Virus record (IMG/VR): IMGVR_UViG_2920693923_000001
Span: 1-64,000 of that record
DNA: 64,000 nt
Direction: 5' to 3' (one strand)
Source of the DNA: a virus
Taxonomy: Duplodnaviria > Caudoviricetes
Positions within the stretch are counted from its first letter, which is position 1. Each line of letters starts with the position of its first letter. Below, piece by piece: positions 49,878-59,638 of this stretch. A model generated the notes under the pieces. It did no database searches, was not told where the DNA came from, and saw only the letters and a program-made list of their open reading frames with translations. Made by a program: the position numbers and the translations under genes.

Positions 49878-51620
49878 TTAATTGTATTTTGCTTTACGAA
49901 TTGTAAGCTTTGAAACTAATGATTGTGTATCTTGTGTCTTAGGTTTTAATTTTAATTCCAATTGGCAAGCACACCAATAAGAATAGGCAATAGAAGAATA
50001 TCTATCTTTCCTCATACCTTCAACTTCTTTAACCTTGATATTTCCGTTTTTAACTTCATGATCCAATTTAATCAATTCGTAAACGGCAAATGTTGTTTGT
50101 ACATAAGACATTTTCAATTTTGCTTGCTCTGTTGGAGACATTTTGAAATATCCCTTATATGTTTCTTTTAATGAGCTATCCGCATCCTGTTCAGAAATAA
50201 GAAAATTAATTTTTCCATTCTGTATACCATTTCTAAGTAATACGCATATCTCATTATTAAAATTAGCATTAGCTTTTACAGACCAAACAACTTTATTAGC
50301 ATCACGAACTTTGCATCGTTCAGCCATATCTTTATCATTTATACAAGTCATTGCCTGATATCTTTTACCGTTTTCTTGGCACACTTGATCCTTGGTAATA
50401 AAATCATATACTCCCAAGCCGATTCCGTTTGTATCTAAAACTAAATCTGTACATTGATACTCATAAAAATATTTCATAACAATCATTCCTAATTCATCTG
50501 TTTTCAAACCTTCAAAAGTTTCACCATATACAAAATTTGATTGATATGCAGTATCGTTTACTTGAATTAAGTCGTTAATAAAAATAGCAGAGGCATCATT
50601 CTTTTTCTTTTTCGTAGATTGCATAAGAGCAACGTCAATAGATAGTATTCTTTTACCAGTAGCTGTTAATTTCGGAATTGTTATTTTGTCATTGCAGAAA
50701 CTCAATGGTGGAAATGCTTTACGAAGTCTTCTACGAGCAGTTAATTCATCAAATTTAAACAAACTACCATCTGTATCCCCAAACCACAAACATTCCATTT
50801 CCATCTGCTGAACAAGTTCGTTGTAATCAGCTTCACTCATTTCATCTTCAAGCTGAGAACGAGAGAGTAATCCTTCACGCACCGATACCTGATAAGGTAA
50901 TCCACATATGAAATATTTTTTTGTGTCATCAAAGAAATTAAGAGTGTAACTTTGCGCTTTTTTATAAGCCCATGAACTTTTAAAATATGCACTGGACATA
51001 TATATTTCTTTGTTTCTTTCCTGCATATGAGCATATTCTGGTTTTTGTAAATATTTTGGCTGTCTTGGACTTGTTAAGAATTTACGCAATACAGTATTGA
51101 TAACTGTTTCATCGACCATACGAAATTCATCCACAACTATGCAATTTGCTCTGGCTGATCTTGAATTTTCTGAACTGGTTCTTGTTTTTATCCACGAACC
51201 ATTTTTGAAATAAATAGAAGCGTCATTTTGACCAATATTACATTTTTCTATTTCAGAACGTAATATGGAAGATTGTTTCATGAAATCGTCTTGTATTTTC
51301 AGCAAGACTTCGTTAGCCTGTTTTAGAGTTCCAGAACTAACAACTATTTTTGTACCAGGAAATAAAATACACCTTACACAACAGAAGAGAGCAGTAAGAT
51401 AGGTTTTTCCTTGACCTCTTGCTGCGAGATACATAACAAAGTTATAGTGCATCATGCACCACAAGAGAATTTGCTGAAACCACTTAAGAGATAGTCCCAA
51501 GACCTCAGATACATACCTATGTGGATTGGCACGATAATATCCCGCCTTCCATGCAATCGTCTCCATTATCTTTTGTTGCTTGTCTTTCTCTATTTCCGTC
51601 TGAGTTTTTAATTGAGGCAT
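49878..51620 (-). CDS. terL: Terminase large subunit
   Basis: Walker A 'AARGQGKT', Walker B 'IVVDEFR', nuclease motifs 'LSIDVA', 'LVLDTNGIG' and 'KDRYSS'. Confidence 0.92.
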   Translation of the reverse strand: MPQLKTQTEIEKDKQQKIMETIAWKAGYYRANPHRYVSEVLGLSLKWFQQILLWCMMHYNFVMYLAARGQGKTYLTALFCCVRCILFPGTKIVVSSGTLKQANEVLLKIQDDFMKQSSILRSEIEKCNIGQNDASIYFKNGSWIKTRTSSENSRSARANCIVVDEFRMVDETVINTVLRKFLTSPRQPKYLQKPEYAHMQERNKEIYMSSAYFKSSWAYKKAQSYTLNFFDDTKKYFICGLPYQVSVREGLLSRSQLEDEMSEADYNELVQQMEMECLWFGDTDGSLFKFDELTARRRLRKAFPPLSFCNDKITIPKLTATGKRILSIDVALMQSTKKKKNDASAIFINDLIQVNDTAYQSNFVYGETFEGLKTDELGMIVMKYFYEYQCTDLVLDTNGIGLGVYDFITKDQVCQENGKRYQAMTCINDKDMAERCKVRDANKVVWSVKANANFNNEICVLLRNGIQNGKINFLISEQDADSSLKETYKGYFKMSPTEQAKLKMSYVQTTFAVYELIKLDHEVKNGNIKVKEVEGMRKDRYSSIAYSYWCACQLELKLKPKTQDTQSLVSKLTIRKAKYN

Positions 51621-51623
51621 AAA

Positions 51624-52703
51624 CTATACCTCCTCTTCAGCTTTTTGACCAAATATCTTATCAAATAATGCTTCCGAATCAGTATCCTCATCATACTCAG
51701 GTTTCTTAACTGTATATTTTGAAATGAATTTTTCATATGTAGATGAAAAAGCATTTTTCAATCCCATCATTTTAGATAAATGTCCCTTAAAGAAAACATC
51801 AATTAAAAGTCCAATTTTATCAGGATCTTTGAATTCACCTTCTGGTTCTGGAATCGGTTTTCCACCGTCCCATTCACCTTCCCATTTATCAATAAGCTGC
51901 CCAAATGTAAGATTATCAGTTAATTCAGACGCAGTTTTCTGATTAGGTTTGATATTTAAGCTTCCTAGCAGATTCTGTAAAGTAGCATCTAAATCTTTTG
52001 TATCTTTTCCGTTTTTCTGAGCATTATCTATTTCAAGTTCCTTACAACATACTCGTTTAAATAAAAGTTCCTGAGATTTATTTTCACAGGGGTAACGTGT
52101 CGTCCAATCTTGGTATTCCGTTTCAAGATACATAAGTTCTTCATTGTTATAATTATTTCCAAATCGCTTTTTTGCAGATTTGAGAGTTTTTTGAACAATT
52201 TTCGTATTTGTTTCAGGCATTGAATCTTCATCATCTACCGAGAATATCGAATCTTTATAAGTTTTTTGACTATAATCATTTAGGCTTCTACAAATTACAA
52301 TCCACTGTTGAACAGCAGTGCTTCTTATTTTTTCTCCTGTTTGTTCAGAGAGTTTTTGTAACTGCTCATTATAAACATTTTCATCAAAATACCAATTAAG
52401 TCTTCTAAATGTTTCTATGGTTTTCTCACGATTGTCAGTTCGTGTATTATTTTTTTTGTCGTAATCAGTACATTCATTTAATACACATTCCTTACAAGCA
52501 TAATGTTCAATACCATCAGGACTTGCCTTAGAAGAGTAGAATGTTGCTACACTTTTCCATTGTCCACAATGGCTACAATATATTAGCTCATTGTTCATAA
52601 TGCGCTGATAGAAATTTGCAAGCTTTTTGTATTCATTACGCAAATTCACAACTGTAATTTTCTTCAATTCAGCATCTGAAATTGGCTCTAAAACTTTAGC
52701 CAT
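51624..52703 (-). CDS. Zn-finger protein upstream of terL (possible terminase small subunit)
   Basis: CSHC...CKEC motif and position. Confidence 0.5.
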   Translation of the reverse strand: MAKVLEPISDAELKKITVVNLRNEYKKLANFYQRIMNNELIYCSHCGQWKSVATFYSSKASPDGIEHYACKECVLNECTDYDKKNNTRTDNREKTIETFRRLNWYFDENVYNEQLQKLSEQTGEKIRSTAVQQWIVICRSLNDYSQKTYKDSIFSVDDEDSMPETNTKIVQKTLKSAKKRFGNNYNNEELMYLETEYQDWTTRYPCENKSQELLFKRVCCKELEIDNAQKNGKDTKDLDATLQNLLGSLNIKPNQKTASELTDNLTFGQLIDKWEGEWDGGKPIPEPEGEFKDPDKIGLLIDVFFKGHLSKMMGLKNAFSSTYEKFISKYTVKKPEYDEDTDSEALFDKIFGQKAEEEV

Positions 52704-52989
52704 TGTTTCACCTTCTTTCCTTTTATTTCAACACAAAAAGAAGCCACTTCATACGAAATGACTTCTCATAATTTCCAATATTAAATTTCCAATGAAAGTG
52801 CAATTTACACACTTTTTAAATAATTGAACATAAGGACTTGCACCTTACTCACACCAAGTATAGGAATCGAACCTATATAGTATCCCGTATGCCTTTTCTA
52901 GCCTTATCCATACTATTAACCATTTATCGGAATCGAACCGACCTCACACTATGCTGTTCAACTTTTACTTGTATATACTTTCAAATAAG

Positions 52990-53062
52990 CACACCTTCTA
53001 CGATTTGAACATAGACCTGACGATTTTGGAGATCGTTGCTCTACCAATTAAGCTAAAGGTGT
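52990..53062 (-). tRNA. tRNA-Trp(CCA)
   Basis: Acceptor acacctt/aaggtgt, D arm, anticodon arm acgat-ctCCAaa-atcgt, T loop gttcaaat. Confidence 0.85.
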
Positions 53063-53141
53063 ATATTTATGTTGAATTATTTATTAATATGTTATATACT
53101 TAATAAGTAACCGATAGTTTGTTTTTAAAAGGAGGTATAAT

Positions 53142-53348
53142 ATGAACAGAGAAGGAACTGGGAAATTTAATACCGATTCAAGTGGACATACTCATAGGTA
53201 CGACAAAGGCGGCGGATCTGATATTGATACATCAGATAAAACACAAAAAACTTGTGATGGAGGACATATTCCTGGAAGATATCAGTGGGAAGAAACTGTT
53301 GATGTTTCGGCAGATGATGAAGATAATGACGATACAGAAGATGATTAA
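53142..53348 (+). CDS. Small acidic hypothetical protein (moron-like)
   Basis: 68 aa with an AAAGGAGG RBS, an upstream -10-like element and a downstream hairpin. Confidence 0.65.
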   Translation: MNREGTGKFNTDSSGHTHRYDKGGGSDIDTSDKTQKTCDGGHIPGRYQWEETVDVSADDEDNDDTEDD

Positions 53349-53444
53349 AAATTAATATTATTAAACATCATATAAGGGGTTATCATATTTGATAATCTCT
53401 TATATTTTATTTGTTTTTCATTGAATTCATCAATAAAAATCAAT

Positions 53445-53521
53445 AACTTGAACCTATGCACCGAATAAACGATGACCTCTGATTAGCAATCAGGTGCAAT
53501 ACCAACTCTGCCAATACTACA
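53445..53521 (-). pseudogene. Degenerate tRNA-Ser(GCT)
   Basis: D arm, anticodon arm ctgat-tGCTa-atcag, long variable arm and ggttcaag present; the 3' T-stem and acceptor strand are missing. Confidence 0.6.
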
Positions 53522-53609
53522 TAATAAAAAGAGCCACCTCCAAATGACTCTTTCTTTAAAGCTTTTACCAATCAGTCGCCAAACCGGTTATAACTGTATA
53601 GAGCAGTAG

Positions 53610-53683
53610 TCTGGATAGCAGGACTCGAACCTACAACGTCTAGTTCCCAAAACTAGCGGACTACCAAATTGTCCTATATCCAG
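53610..53683 (-). tRNA. tRNA-Pro(TGG)
   Basis: Acceptor ctggata/tatccag, anticodon ctagt-ttTGGga-actag, T arm gtagg-ttcgagt-cctgc. Confidence 0.88.
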
Positions 53684-53741
53684 ATAATATTTTTCAAATT
53701 TCTCCATATACTAAACCAAAAGTATCTAAGGAGAAACTATC

Positions 53742-54410
53742 ATGAACGCTTCATATAAAACTGCAATTCAATTCAAAGATTTATATATTCCCGTAAAAAT
53801 GTTAAAAACATCACACAATAGTTCTATAGAACTTAATCAACTCTGCAAAGACTCCAAAGAAAGAGTGCGTTATATCAAATTTTGTCCATCTTGTAATAAA
53901 GAAATCCACAATGAAGATATTGTAAAAGGATATAAATATGCAGAAGATAAGTATGTTATTTTGGAACAATATGATATAGAATCAATTACATCAAACAAAG
54001 ATAGAACACTTTCAATAAAATATTTCTGTAAATCAAAGGAAATATCAGACCTACTCATAGATAAATCATATTATTTAATTCCTGAAATGGAGTCAGAAAT
54101 CGAATATGAACTTCTTCGTAAAGCTATGACTACGAATAGAGTAGTAGGTATGGCTGAAATTGTATTGGGTACAAAACAAGAATTAGTTGCGTTGTTTGCC
54201 AATAAGAATTGTATTATTGCAACCATTTTATTTTATGAGAACGAGATTAACGAATTACCGATTATCATGAAGCATAAAACAGATAAACAGCAACTCGAAA
54301 ATCTCAAACAAGATATCTTAGATAATACAAAAGAATTTGATTGGGAATCTCATTATGATAAATATCAACTCAAGTTAAGAAAATTGATATTTGATAAAAT
54401 TCCAAAATGA
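53742..54410 (+). CDS. ku: Ku (NHEJ DNA end-binding) homolog
   Basis: 'AIQFKDLYIPVKM...LNQLCKDSKERVRYIKFCPSC...EDIVKGY...YYLIPE...YELLRKAM...YHDKYQ' matches the bacterial Ku core; no C-terminal basic tail. Confidence 0.85.
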   Translation: MNASYKTAIQFKDLYIPVKMLKTSHNSSIELNQLCKDSKERVRYIKFCPSCNKEIHNEDIVKGYKYAEDKYVILEQYDIESITSNKDRTLSIKYFCKSKEISDLLIDKSYYLIPEMESEIEYELLRKAMTTNRVVGMAEIVLGTKQELVALFANKNCIIATILFYENEINELPIIMKHKTDKQQLENLKQDILDNTKEFDWESHYDKYQLKLRKLIFDKIPK

Positions 54411-54606
54411 TATTGCCTTTCTCATTCCATCCTCGAATGGCGAGCTTTCATCTAAACTGCATAGGACGCATCCTATTGTTACAACAGTACCAGTCCGAAG
54501 ACCGCAAAGGGCATAGGGAGGTAGTAAGTGTTGAACTTACACACCTAAGTTTCGTATGCATCCAAAAAATAGGTTTTGGCATCAGACTTACCGCACGAAA
54601 CTTATA

Positions 54607-54852
54607 TTATGGTTCGGATGGATCGGTAATCTCATCCACAGTAACTCCAACATTGTATGTCACATCCTTAATGACACGAATATTTTTATATCCATATTCT
54701 CGATCAAGCTCTTTAATTGTACTTTTCAACTCATCCAAGTCATCCGTTGAGTATTCGATTAGTTCCGATAAAGAACCTTCAGTCTGAATCTGATACATTT
54801 GATAAAATTCTCTTCCAAGCACAGAGTTATATTTAATTAATATTTTATACAT
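54607..54852 (-). CDS. Hypothetical protein
   Basis: 81-aa ORF with a GGAGG RBS. Confidence 0.6.
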   Translation of the reverse strand: MYKILIKYNSVLGREFYQMYQIQTEGSLSELIEYSTDDLDELKSTIKELDREYGYKNIRVIKDVTYNVGVTVDEITDPSEP

Positions 54853-54886
54853 ATATAAATTACCTCCAAAATGATAGAATTAGAAA

Positions 54887-54960
54887 AGCTGCCGATAGGG
54901 TTTGAACCTACAACCTTGGCTTTAGAAGAACCATGCTCTATCCATTTGAGCTAAGACAGC
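54887..54960 (-). tRNA. tRNA-Arg(TCT)
   Basis: gctgtc/ggcagc acceptor, D arm gctc/gagc, anticodon tggtt-ctTCTaa-agcca, T loop gttcaaac. Confidence 0.82.
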
Positions 54961-55171
54961 AAGTTTCTGGTCTGCATGAAGCACTAACTAGCAGATCTTG
55001 GACTGTACACATCCAGTTATTTAGAATATGGTCGCTTATCCGCAACCTAATTCATGCTTCCATGCACTTGTTTTTCTTGCTAACCAACGCACAAGAAGAG
55101 TAAGTGACAACTCGTATCAACCAAACTACATTGTGCTTATGTATTGATACTCCATTAATTTATCCAGTTGC

Positions 55172-55242
55172 AACGCCACAACGGACTCGAACCGAAATCT
55201 TCTCTCTATAGGAGAGACGCATGATCCTTTCATGCTGGTGAC
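55172..55242 (-). tRNA. Atypical tRNA-like element (anticodon TAT, Ile?)
   Basis: gcatg/catgc arm, tctct-ccTATag-agaga arm, T arm cgg-ttcgagt-ccg; weak acceptor stem and C instead of U33. Confidence 0.4.
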
Positions 55243-56074
55243 CTGAATAATATATTATTTGATCATTCCTAACTCGTACTTATAGTACGTCAAATGCATG
55301 ATATGTGTATGAACAACCGTTTACTTTATCATTCTCCGCATATTTTCAGTCTTCGGAACAAAGACCACTCGATAAGGTTTAATGACTCTTATCCGTCAAA
55401 ATTCCAATTGTAAAAATCAGAAAAGACAATTTGCCATTTCTTACAAAACTCTGTGGACAGTTTTAATCATAATAATGGTTCTCATTAACGCAGAGAAGCA
55501 CGAACATCTTCTCATTTCTGAAGGTTGAGAAATACCGATAATCCTAGATGTTGGTAGGAAAGAAGTAGGACTTACAATACTACATGAATAGCAAATGCCA
55601 AGATGTGATAGTCGTCTACTAAGGCAAGACTTCTCCATAACACCGCCAATGAGCAGTAGCAGTGGGAAGTTTTAGACCATTCCAAAGGTCAATAATTTCG
55701 CAAACCGACCTTTATATTTATGTCACATATCGGTCAGTGACAGCTCACTTGTAAAAGTCCGTCAACGGATTGACAGATCACCCTCACTTCTTTTTGGATG
55801 TGAGCAGCTTGTTATATTTATTTATTCTCTACATTGTCGTCACCTTTTTATATATGCCTTTCATGCCTGTTTATAAGGGCTTTATTTGGATAATACAGTG
55901 CTATCGGTCTGTTAGTCCGTCTGATTTTCACAGAGCCTTGTTGAGTTCTTATGGTTTCAGAGCATTCGGCTGTAGGTATATGAGTTTGTTACCCTTAATA
56001 TTATTCAATCACTTTGACATAAATCATCTTAACATGCTATGATGTAAAAAAGAAAATTTTATAAGGAGTATATA

Positions 56075-56710
56075 TTGGACACAATATTTGAAATATTTAA
56101 GACCATTTTTCCTGCTATTATTACTGGAATTTTTACATTCCTAGCCACTAAATATACGTATAATAAAAATATACCTTTAGACAAAATGGAGATAGCATAT
56201 GATAAAATATACAATCCTATATATCATATACTATTACAAAATAATTCTAATAATATATGTACAAATCAAATCAGCTTAGATATATTTGTCATTTTAAATA
56301 AATATAATGATTATGCAGATCGATCGACACTTCACGCATTTGATTTATATCATAAAAATAGAGATAAAGATAGTTTTATAAATTTTAAAAATAACATCAA
56401 TAATAAATACATATATCTTCGCAAAAGACTTGGATATTTAGAACCTAATTTGATACAAGCGTATACATATTCTTCAAAAAATGAAAAATCTGTTTTACGA
56501 TTAGTGTTAGAGTGTACTGTCGCATACATAACAATGCTCGCATATGCATTGTTGAGTGCATCAGTTCACACAGTTATAACATGGATAGCTTTTAGTTTAA
56601 TATGTATCATTATAATTGAGTTATTAACTTTATTTTTTAGGAATATTTTAATTTATATCAGGAAAATTATAAAACATATAAAATCCAATAATAAATGTCG
56701 TAAAAATTGA
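56075..56710 (+). CDS. Hypothetical membrane protein (moron-like)
   Basis: 211 aa with one N-terminal and two C-terminal TM segments, AAGGAG RBS, very AT-rich, opposite strand to its neighbours. Confidence 0.7.
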   Translation: MDTIFEIFKTIFPAIITGIFTFLATKYTYNKNIPLDKMEIAYDKIYNPIYHILLQNNSNNICTNQISLDIFVILNKYNDYADRSTLHAFDLYHKNRDKDSFINFKNNINNKYIYLRKRLGYLEPNLIQAYTYSSKNEKSVLRLVLECTVAYITMLAYALLSASVHTVITWIAFSLICIIIIELLTLFFRNILIYIRKIIKHIKSNNKCRKN

Positions 56711-56716
56711 CATATT

Positions 56717-56745
56717 TTGACAAGAAGTGTCATATAATATATAAT
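56717..56745 (+). promoter_or_regulatory. Consensus sigma70 promoter
   Basis: TTGACA-17 nt-TATAAT. Confidence 0.8.
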
Positions 56746-56891
56746 AGAAAGGACAAGCAGTTATTCAAACATCTTTGTTTTGGCTAGATAGAGATGGTTA
56801 GGCGGTTAAGTCACGTCAGAGTAGTGATACTCTGTTTATATAGATATCCTCATGACACAATGTAGGAAATACTTACAAAGGAGGATAATAC

Positions 56892-57008
56892 GTGACATTT
56901 TGTGAATTACTAATTTTTACATTAGTGACTGGCATAGTAAGTGGTGTAATTGCTACATACTTAGTCAGATTGTTCGATAAACACAAAAATGACCGCCACG
57001 GCAAATAG
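56892..57008 (+). CDS. Type I toxin-like peptide (38 aa, Fst-like), not in the ORF track
   Basis: MTFCELLIFTLVTGIVSGVIATYLVRLFDKHKNDRHGK*, AAAGGAGG RBS, long structured 5' UTR that pairs with the 3' UTR. Confidence 0.7.
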   Translation: MTFCELLIFTLVTGIVSGVIATYLVRLFDKHKNDRHGK

Positions 57009-57180
57009 CGATCATTTCCTTTGTGTTGATATTGTTATATTAGCCAAATAGTGTTCAATATTGGCTTAACCGTCTAACGGATAATTGCTTGTTTCTTTTG
57101 ACTTGTATTGTAACACATAAAATTGTGTGGTGCAAGAGGGAATTAGACAAAGTGTTAGACAAAAGCCTCATCGGGATTGC

Positions 57181-58218
57181 TTATAAATCAGAAAGTGATT
57201 TTTGTTCTACCTGTTTTATTTCTCCATCAGCAAAATATTTTGCAAATTGTTCATCTGCGTCAATATCTTTGTACACTGATACCATATCTAGCGAACTCCA
57301 ACCGACTAGCATTTGAATTACATCATCAGGAAGACCGCTTCGAGAACAAGAAGTTGTAAAGAAATGACGAAGACTATGAAAATAAAAGTCTTCTCCTAAA
57401 TGTTTGCTGAATGTATCAGCCCAACTGTCAAGAGTGCTTGAATCCATAGGTTCATCTATATATTCTCCATTTGCTTTCTTTGGAAATAACCATTCTGATT
57501 CAATTCCGTGTTCTTTTCTATAATTCATCCACAAATCAAAATATGGCTTAAACGGTTTTGCCAGTGTATATGCTACTAACATTTTTCCGCGAGATCCTCT
57601 TCCTTTTGTTTGGATCTTTTCAGGTGTCTTATATAAAGAACCATATATGATGTTTTCATCATCGAAATAAGATACTTTAAATCGTGGTAACTCACTCTTA
57701 CGTCTGCCACTAAATGCAGCTAATGCTAAAACACAAGCCTTGTCATATTTACCTTTTTCAACCCAATAATCAAGCATACCCTGTACTTGTTCATCGGATA
57801 GTACAGTTTTAGTAAATACTTTCTCATTTGCAGGATTTTCAATTTTGCGTATAATCGGTTTAAAGTTCTCGTACTCATCATCTAATATAGCTTCGACATA
57901 ATTTGAAAGAGAAGAGAGAGTAGATTTTACTCTACGCATTCTAGCTGGTGACCATTTATATTCAGTAAGACAAAAACTCTGATAACGAGCAATATCCCTC
58001 TTAGATAAATCAATAAAGAATTTGTTGTCGCAATGCTGAAGTAAATACACCCAGAAAATATAAAGGTCACGCCTATATGCATTAATTGTATTTGGGGATC
58101 TATCAACTGAATGAAGATAATCCAAAAAGTCATTTCCTAACTCTATATTCTCTTTATTGCACTGAGACAATAACTCATTAGTAACAATATTATTATGCTG
58201 TATTTTTCTACCCATCAA
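57181..58218 (-). CDS. Tyrosine recombinase/integrase
   Basis: 'SGRRKSEL', 'HSLRHFFTT' and 'LVGWSSLDMVSVY' catalytic motifs; N-terminal 'SPNTINAYRRDL'. Confidence 0.9.
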   Translation of the reverse strand: MMGRKIQHNNIVTNELLSQCNKENIELGNDFLDYLHSVDRSPNTINAYRRDLYIFWVYLLQHCDNKFFIDLSKRDIARYQSFCLTEYKWSPARMRRVKSTLSSLSNYVEAILDDEYENFKPIIRKIENPANEKVFTKTVLSDEQVQGMLDYWVEKGKYDKACVLALAAFSGRRKSELPRFKVSYFDDENIIYGSLYKTPEKIQTKGRGSRGKMLVAYTLAKPFKPYFDLWMNYRKEHGIESEWLFPKKANGEYIDEPMDSSTLDSWADTFSKHLGEDFYFHSLRHFFTTSCSRSGLPDDVIQMLVGWSSLDMVSVYKDIDADEQFAKYFADGEIKQVEQKSLSDL

Positions 58219-58406
58219 ATCTCACTTCCTTTCAAATATAATATTCTCCATAATAAATGCTCACTTGCTCATGACTAAAGCCACGAGTGGACATTCGTAC
58301 CTTTATCAAAAGTGGACGACTGAGGTTACGATCCTCACATAGACCAATCTCGCCCATACAAAAAGAGTGTGCAGCGTACACCACACACCCCCATATTTCT
58401 TATTAG

Positions 58407-59048
58407 TTAATACCAAAATGATTCATCTAATTTATCCAGATAACATGCATAGTTCATTAACCGCTTGTAAATCTCTGAAAATGCGTCTGCTATATCAAGC
58501 CCATCATTTAATGAATCATAAGTCTTCTGAATTTCTTTCGTCTTCTTCTCGAACTCTGCCTGAGACACCTGCTTGCCATTGATAGAATAGTAATCTTTAT
58601 CAATTTCCTTGCAATCACAGTGGTCACAATCACCATCACAATTATCATCACCAATACTGACTTCATATACTACCTTAGACTGGATACGTGAAATAATTTT
58701 TGAATTACAATTATCCATTACATAACAAACTACTCCTGTAGCATATAAGTATCCATTTTCACGTTTAGCAGGTTCACACCAAATACCTTCATGATCTAAA
58801 GCAATAAGATACTCATCATTGTAATTATCATGATCTGGTCGAGCGAAATCTGAAATATGAGCCAGATCGTGACCATTCTCTACTAACTCAGCAATGATAT
58901 TCTTTGCATCTTCATACTTTGCAATAATTTCTACACAATCCAATGTTTTGTCCATATTAGAGTCAAAATATGTATTTTCAATATCTACAACTAATTCCGT
59001 ATAGTCTGTAAAGTTTCTTTCAACAATATCTGCTTTTATGTTAATCAC
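58407..59048 (-). CDS. Hypothetical protein
   Basis: 213-aa acidic ORF with a 'CDGDCDHCDC' motif. Confidence 0.6.
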   Translation of the reverse strand: MINIKADIVERNFTDYTELVVDIENTYFDSNMDKTLDCVEIIAKYEDAKNIIAELVENGHDLAHISDFARPDHDNYNDEYLIALDHEGIWCEPAKRENGYLYATGVVCYVMDNCNSKIISRIQSKVVYEVSIGDDNCDGDCDHCDCKEIDKDYYSINGKQVSQAEFEKKTKEIQKTYDSLNDGLDIADAFSEIYKRLMNYACYLDKLDESFWY

Positions 59049-59059
59049 ATCCCCTCAAA

Positions 59060-59341
59060 CTAAGCATTCTTGACTGCATTTTTAAAACCTGTTAATGCAT
59101 GAAATTTTGGACTCTTAGAAGCTGCAATCTCAAGTGCCTCGCCTGTTTTTGGGTTTCTGCCCATACGTGCAGCTCTCTCAACAACCTCGAAATTACCGAA
59201 ACCTGCAAGAGATACCTTCTCACCTGATGCTACTGTATTAACAATTGTCTCAAGGACTATATCTACAAGAACTGCAACATCCTTCTGTGTTGCTCCATCA
59301 ATCTGTCCTGCTACATTTTTTACTAACTCTGTCTTATTCAT
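59060..59341 (-). CDS. hup: HU-family DNA-binding protein
   Basis: 'MNKTELV...GFGNFEVVERAARMGRNPKTGE...PKF'. Confidence 0.95.
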   Translation of the reverse strand: MNKTELVKNVAGQIDGATQKDVAVLVDIVLETIVNTVASGEKVSLAGFGNFEVVERAARMGRNPKTGEALEIAASKSPKFHALTGFKNAVKNA

Positions 59342-59638
59342 ATTCTTTTAATTCCTTTCATTCACAATTATTTTTTTATTTTTCAATTAAAAAGAGGGTA
59401 GCGTCCATATAAGGTACACTCCCTCAAAGTGGCTTCGTCAGCCAAAAACCGAAGTTATTCCCATTTATTAATCGCCTGTTGGGTTCAGGTCTGTTTGCAT
59501 CATAGCAGTGACTCTATAATGCCCATACGAGTCGGACTACCCAAAAGTAGAAGAGTAGTCCTGTTCTCACAGTCACTTGTCTTAATATTAAAAACTATGC
59601 ATCTCCGTACATAGCCTACTTTGTCGTAAAATAATTAA

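Noticed and set aside
55172-55242. Amber suppressor tRNA (CTA) and genetic-code recoding
   Set aside because: The best stem register gives TAT, and TAG acts as a normal stop in several clear genes, such as the HU and DUF262 genes
59429-59450. CUGACGA as a hammerhead ribozyme core
   Set aside because: It sits in a small hairpin, and I could not find the matching GAAA and three-stem junction
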